From: Microbotryum violaceum
Taxonomy: Eukaryota
NCBI GenBank assembly: GCA_001244265.2
Contig: CDLV01000013.1
Location: 434,001-498,000 of the forward strand
Direction of reading: 5' to 3'
Length of the DNA stretch: 64,000 nt
The position numbers and the translations under genes are program-made. This document shows, piece by piece, positions 62,391-64,000 of the stretch. The notes below the pieces were generated by a model. It saw only the letters and a list, made by a program, of their open reading frames with translations. It was not told the origin of the DNA and searched no databases. The stretch's first letter is position 1, and every line of letters begins with the position of its first letter.

Positions 62391-63296
62391 GATATCCCTC
62401 GACCGAATTCGGACTAGATTCTCTCTAGACCTCCTTCGCTAGGACGCGGACTTGGCCACATGTACCAGTACAACCTATAGAAATACTTTACGCCTGTAGT
62501 ATTCATCGCTTTGTCCTTACACTGGTCTGTGAAATAGAGTGCTCGAGCCCACATCCACATATTACCAGTAGTAGCCGCCAAGAGTGCACCATCATAGGCC
62601 GGCACTGACGACAGACACTATGCCGACCTCATGTTCTGTATTAGGTAAGCTGATTGTTCTGAGAGGAATTCAGCACATGGGTCTTCCTTAAGCAAACGCT
62701 CTTCCGGTCCCAAAACGTAACCGTTTAGCGACGAGATCAATGCGACGACGGCCGCCGAGATTCCAAGACCGCCCGCTCGAGGAATAGCAGCGACTCGGAG
62801 ACGATGGGCGGGCATTTATAAGTAGACCATAATCCTTTGGGATATCCGGACAGTCACACCAATACTCAACTAAAAGTCTGCAAGTCGACCTACCCGGTCC
62901 TCAGTGAGAATCGGCAGGCAGTAACCAAACTGACAGATTGGCATGCAGTGGGGCCTTCAAGCCGCGGCGACGTCTTTTTGAGTCAGCAGCCCGCAATCTT
63001 ATCAGATCGCATGCAGCGTGGCCGCGCGACGGGCAAGAGAAGCGTCGTCTTTTGCGCCGTCCTCGCTCTCCTTTCCCGTACACTCCGCCCCGCCCGTCCA
63101 CCCGTTATATATCACCAAGGTCCCTCAAGTTCGCGCTCACCGTCGTTGGAAGGCCAGTATCGACTTGCCTGAGGCTCGTTGCTTCCCGCTCTTTCCCCAT
63201 CGCGATCGCCAGCGTTCGCCCCCGCCCGTCGTCTCTCGCACCCGGTGCCGGTCCCAGGCGTGAACCGAGTGAAGGCCCAAGGATCGAGCGAACGAG

Positions 63297-64000
63297 ATGG
63301 TCCTCGTTGACGGTGTCAAGGTCAGTCGACCAGATTTCAATGGCATTTGCCACTTGTTCGGCGTGCTGACGAGACGTGACTCGCCCTGTACCTTCCCCCC
63401 CGGCTTCGTGTGCTCTGCCACACGCACCAATCCGCTGCGTAGTTCGCTTGCCAGTCGTGCATCAAGGGTCACCGCTCTTCCAAAGTGAGTGCTCCATGTC
63501 AGCTTATGAGCCCTGATCCGGAGGCGAGCTATTGACAGAACATTGGCCTTGCAGTGCACGCATACGTCACGCCCATTGGTGGAGATCAAGAGTCGGTCTC
63601 TTGTTGCTGGCTTGGCACCTGGTCCCCTCGGGCGCTCGGACCTCTCTGTACCGGACCGGGACCACCGAGGACTCGCACAGCTCTGTACTGACAGTTTTGC
63701 TTTGCTTTTTCTCATCGTTCGCCAACACAATAGAGAAAGGAAGACCGACCTCACAATGCTCGCATTGTCGCGACTTGCGCAAGACTCGCTCCGTGCACGG
63801 CAAGTGCGACTGTGTCGGCAAGGAATACGAGGGTGCGCATACGCCACGTGCTAGTTCCGGGTGCGCTCGTACTGACTCTGTTCGCCCACCCCTCGTCTCT
63901 CCTTCGGACAGAGAAACCATTGCAGCAAGTCCTACCCAATGGTTTGTCTGATCTGATGAGGGCACGAGAGGACGAAGCCGGTGCTTCAGCCGAACCAGTG
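63297..64000 (+). CDS. Copper-fist DNA-binding transcription factor (Ace1/Mac1/Haa1 family), 3' truncated by window
   Basis: Spliced MVLVDGVK|FAC..CIKGHRSSK|CTHTSRPLVEIK|KKGRPTSQCSHCRDLRKTRSVHGKCDC. Confidence 0.9.

Overview
Eukaryotic, intron-rich, GC-rich fungal DNA. The gene set and the homeodomain protein suggest a basidiomycete, probably Pucciniomycotina/Microbotryomycetes (inference). The left end (1-2.66 kb) is a nested transposon block: the 3' end of a Ty1/copia element abuts a degenerate, internally deleted Helitron that carries a 13-bp tandem array. This block lies directly upstream of an HD1-type mating-type homeodomain gene, and no HD2 partner is visible. The rest is a dense run of housekeeping genes: mitochondrial carrier, ECM31/panB, gamma-glutamyltranspeptidase, a polyQ SSXT-like protein, ABC1 kinase, eIF3b, ARMH3-like, GT8, KAE1, PAC3, PET127, HEM13, PHA2, an SDR, a 2OG-Fe(II) oxygenase, a PXB/PXC protein, an alpha/beta hydrolase and a copper-fist factor. 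Best leads: (1) a ~980-bp foldback locus at 12.4-13.4 kb, where the promoter and 5' end of an orphan ORF are repeated in inverted orientation just after its stop codon and the spacer has splice-like signals at both edges; (2) the orphan HD1 beside transposons; (3) an SDR with three hallmark motifs on 10-14 nt micro-exons; (4) a prolyl-oligopeptidase pseudogene missed by the ORF track. Exon boundaries were read by eye and family assignments come from recalled motifs; no database search was run.
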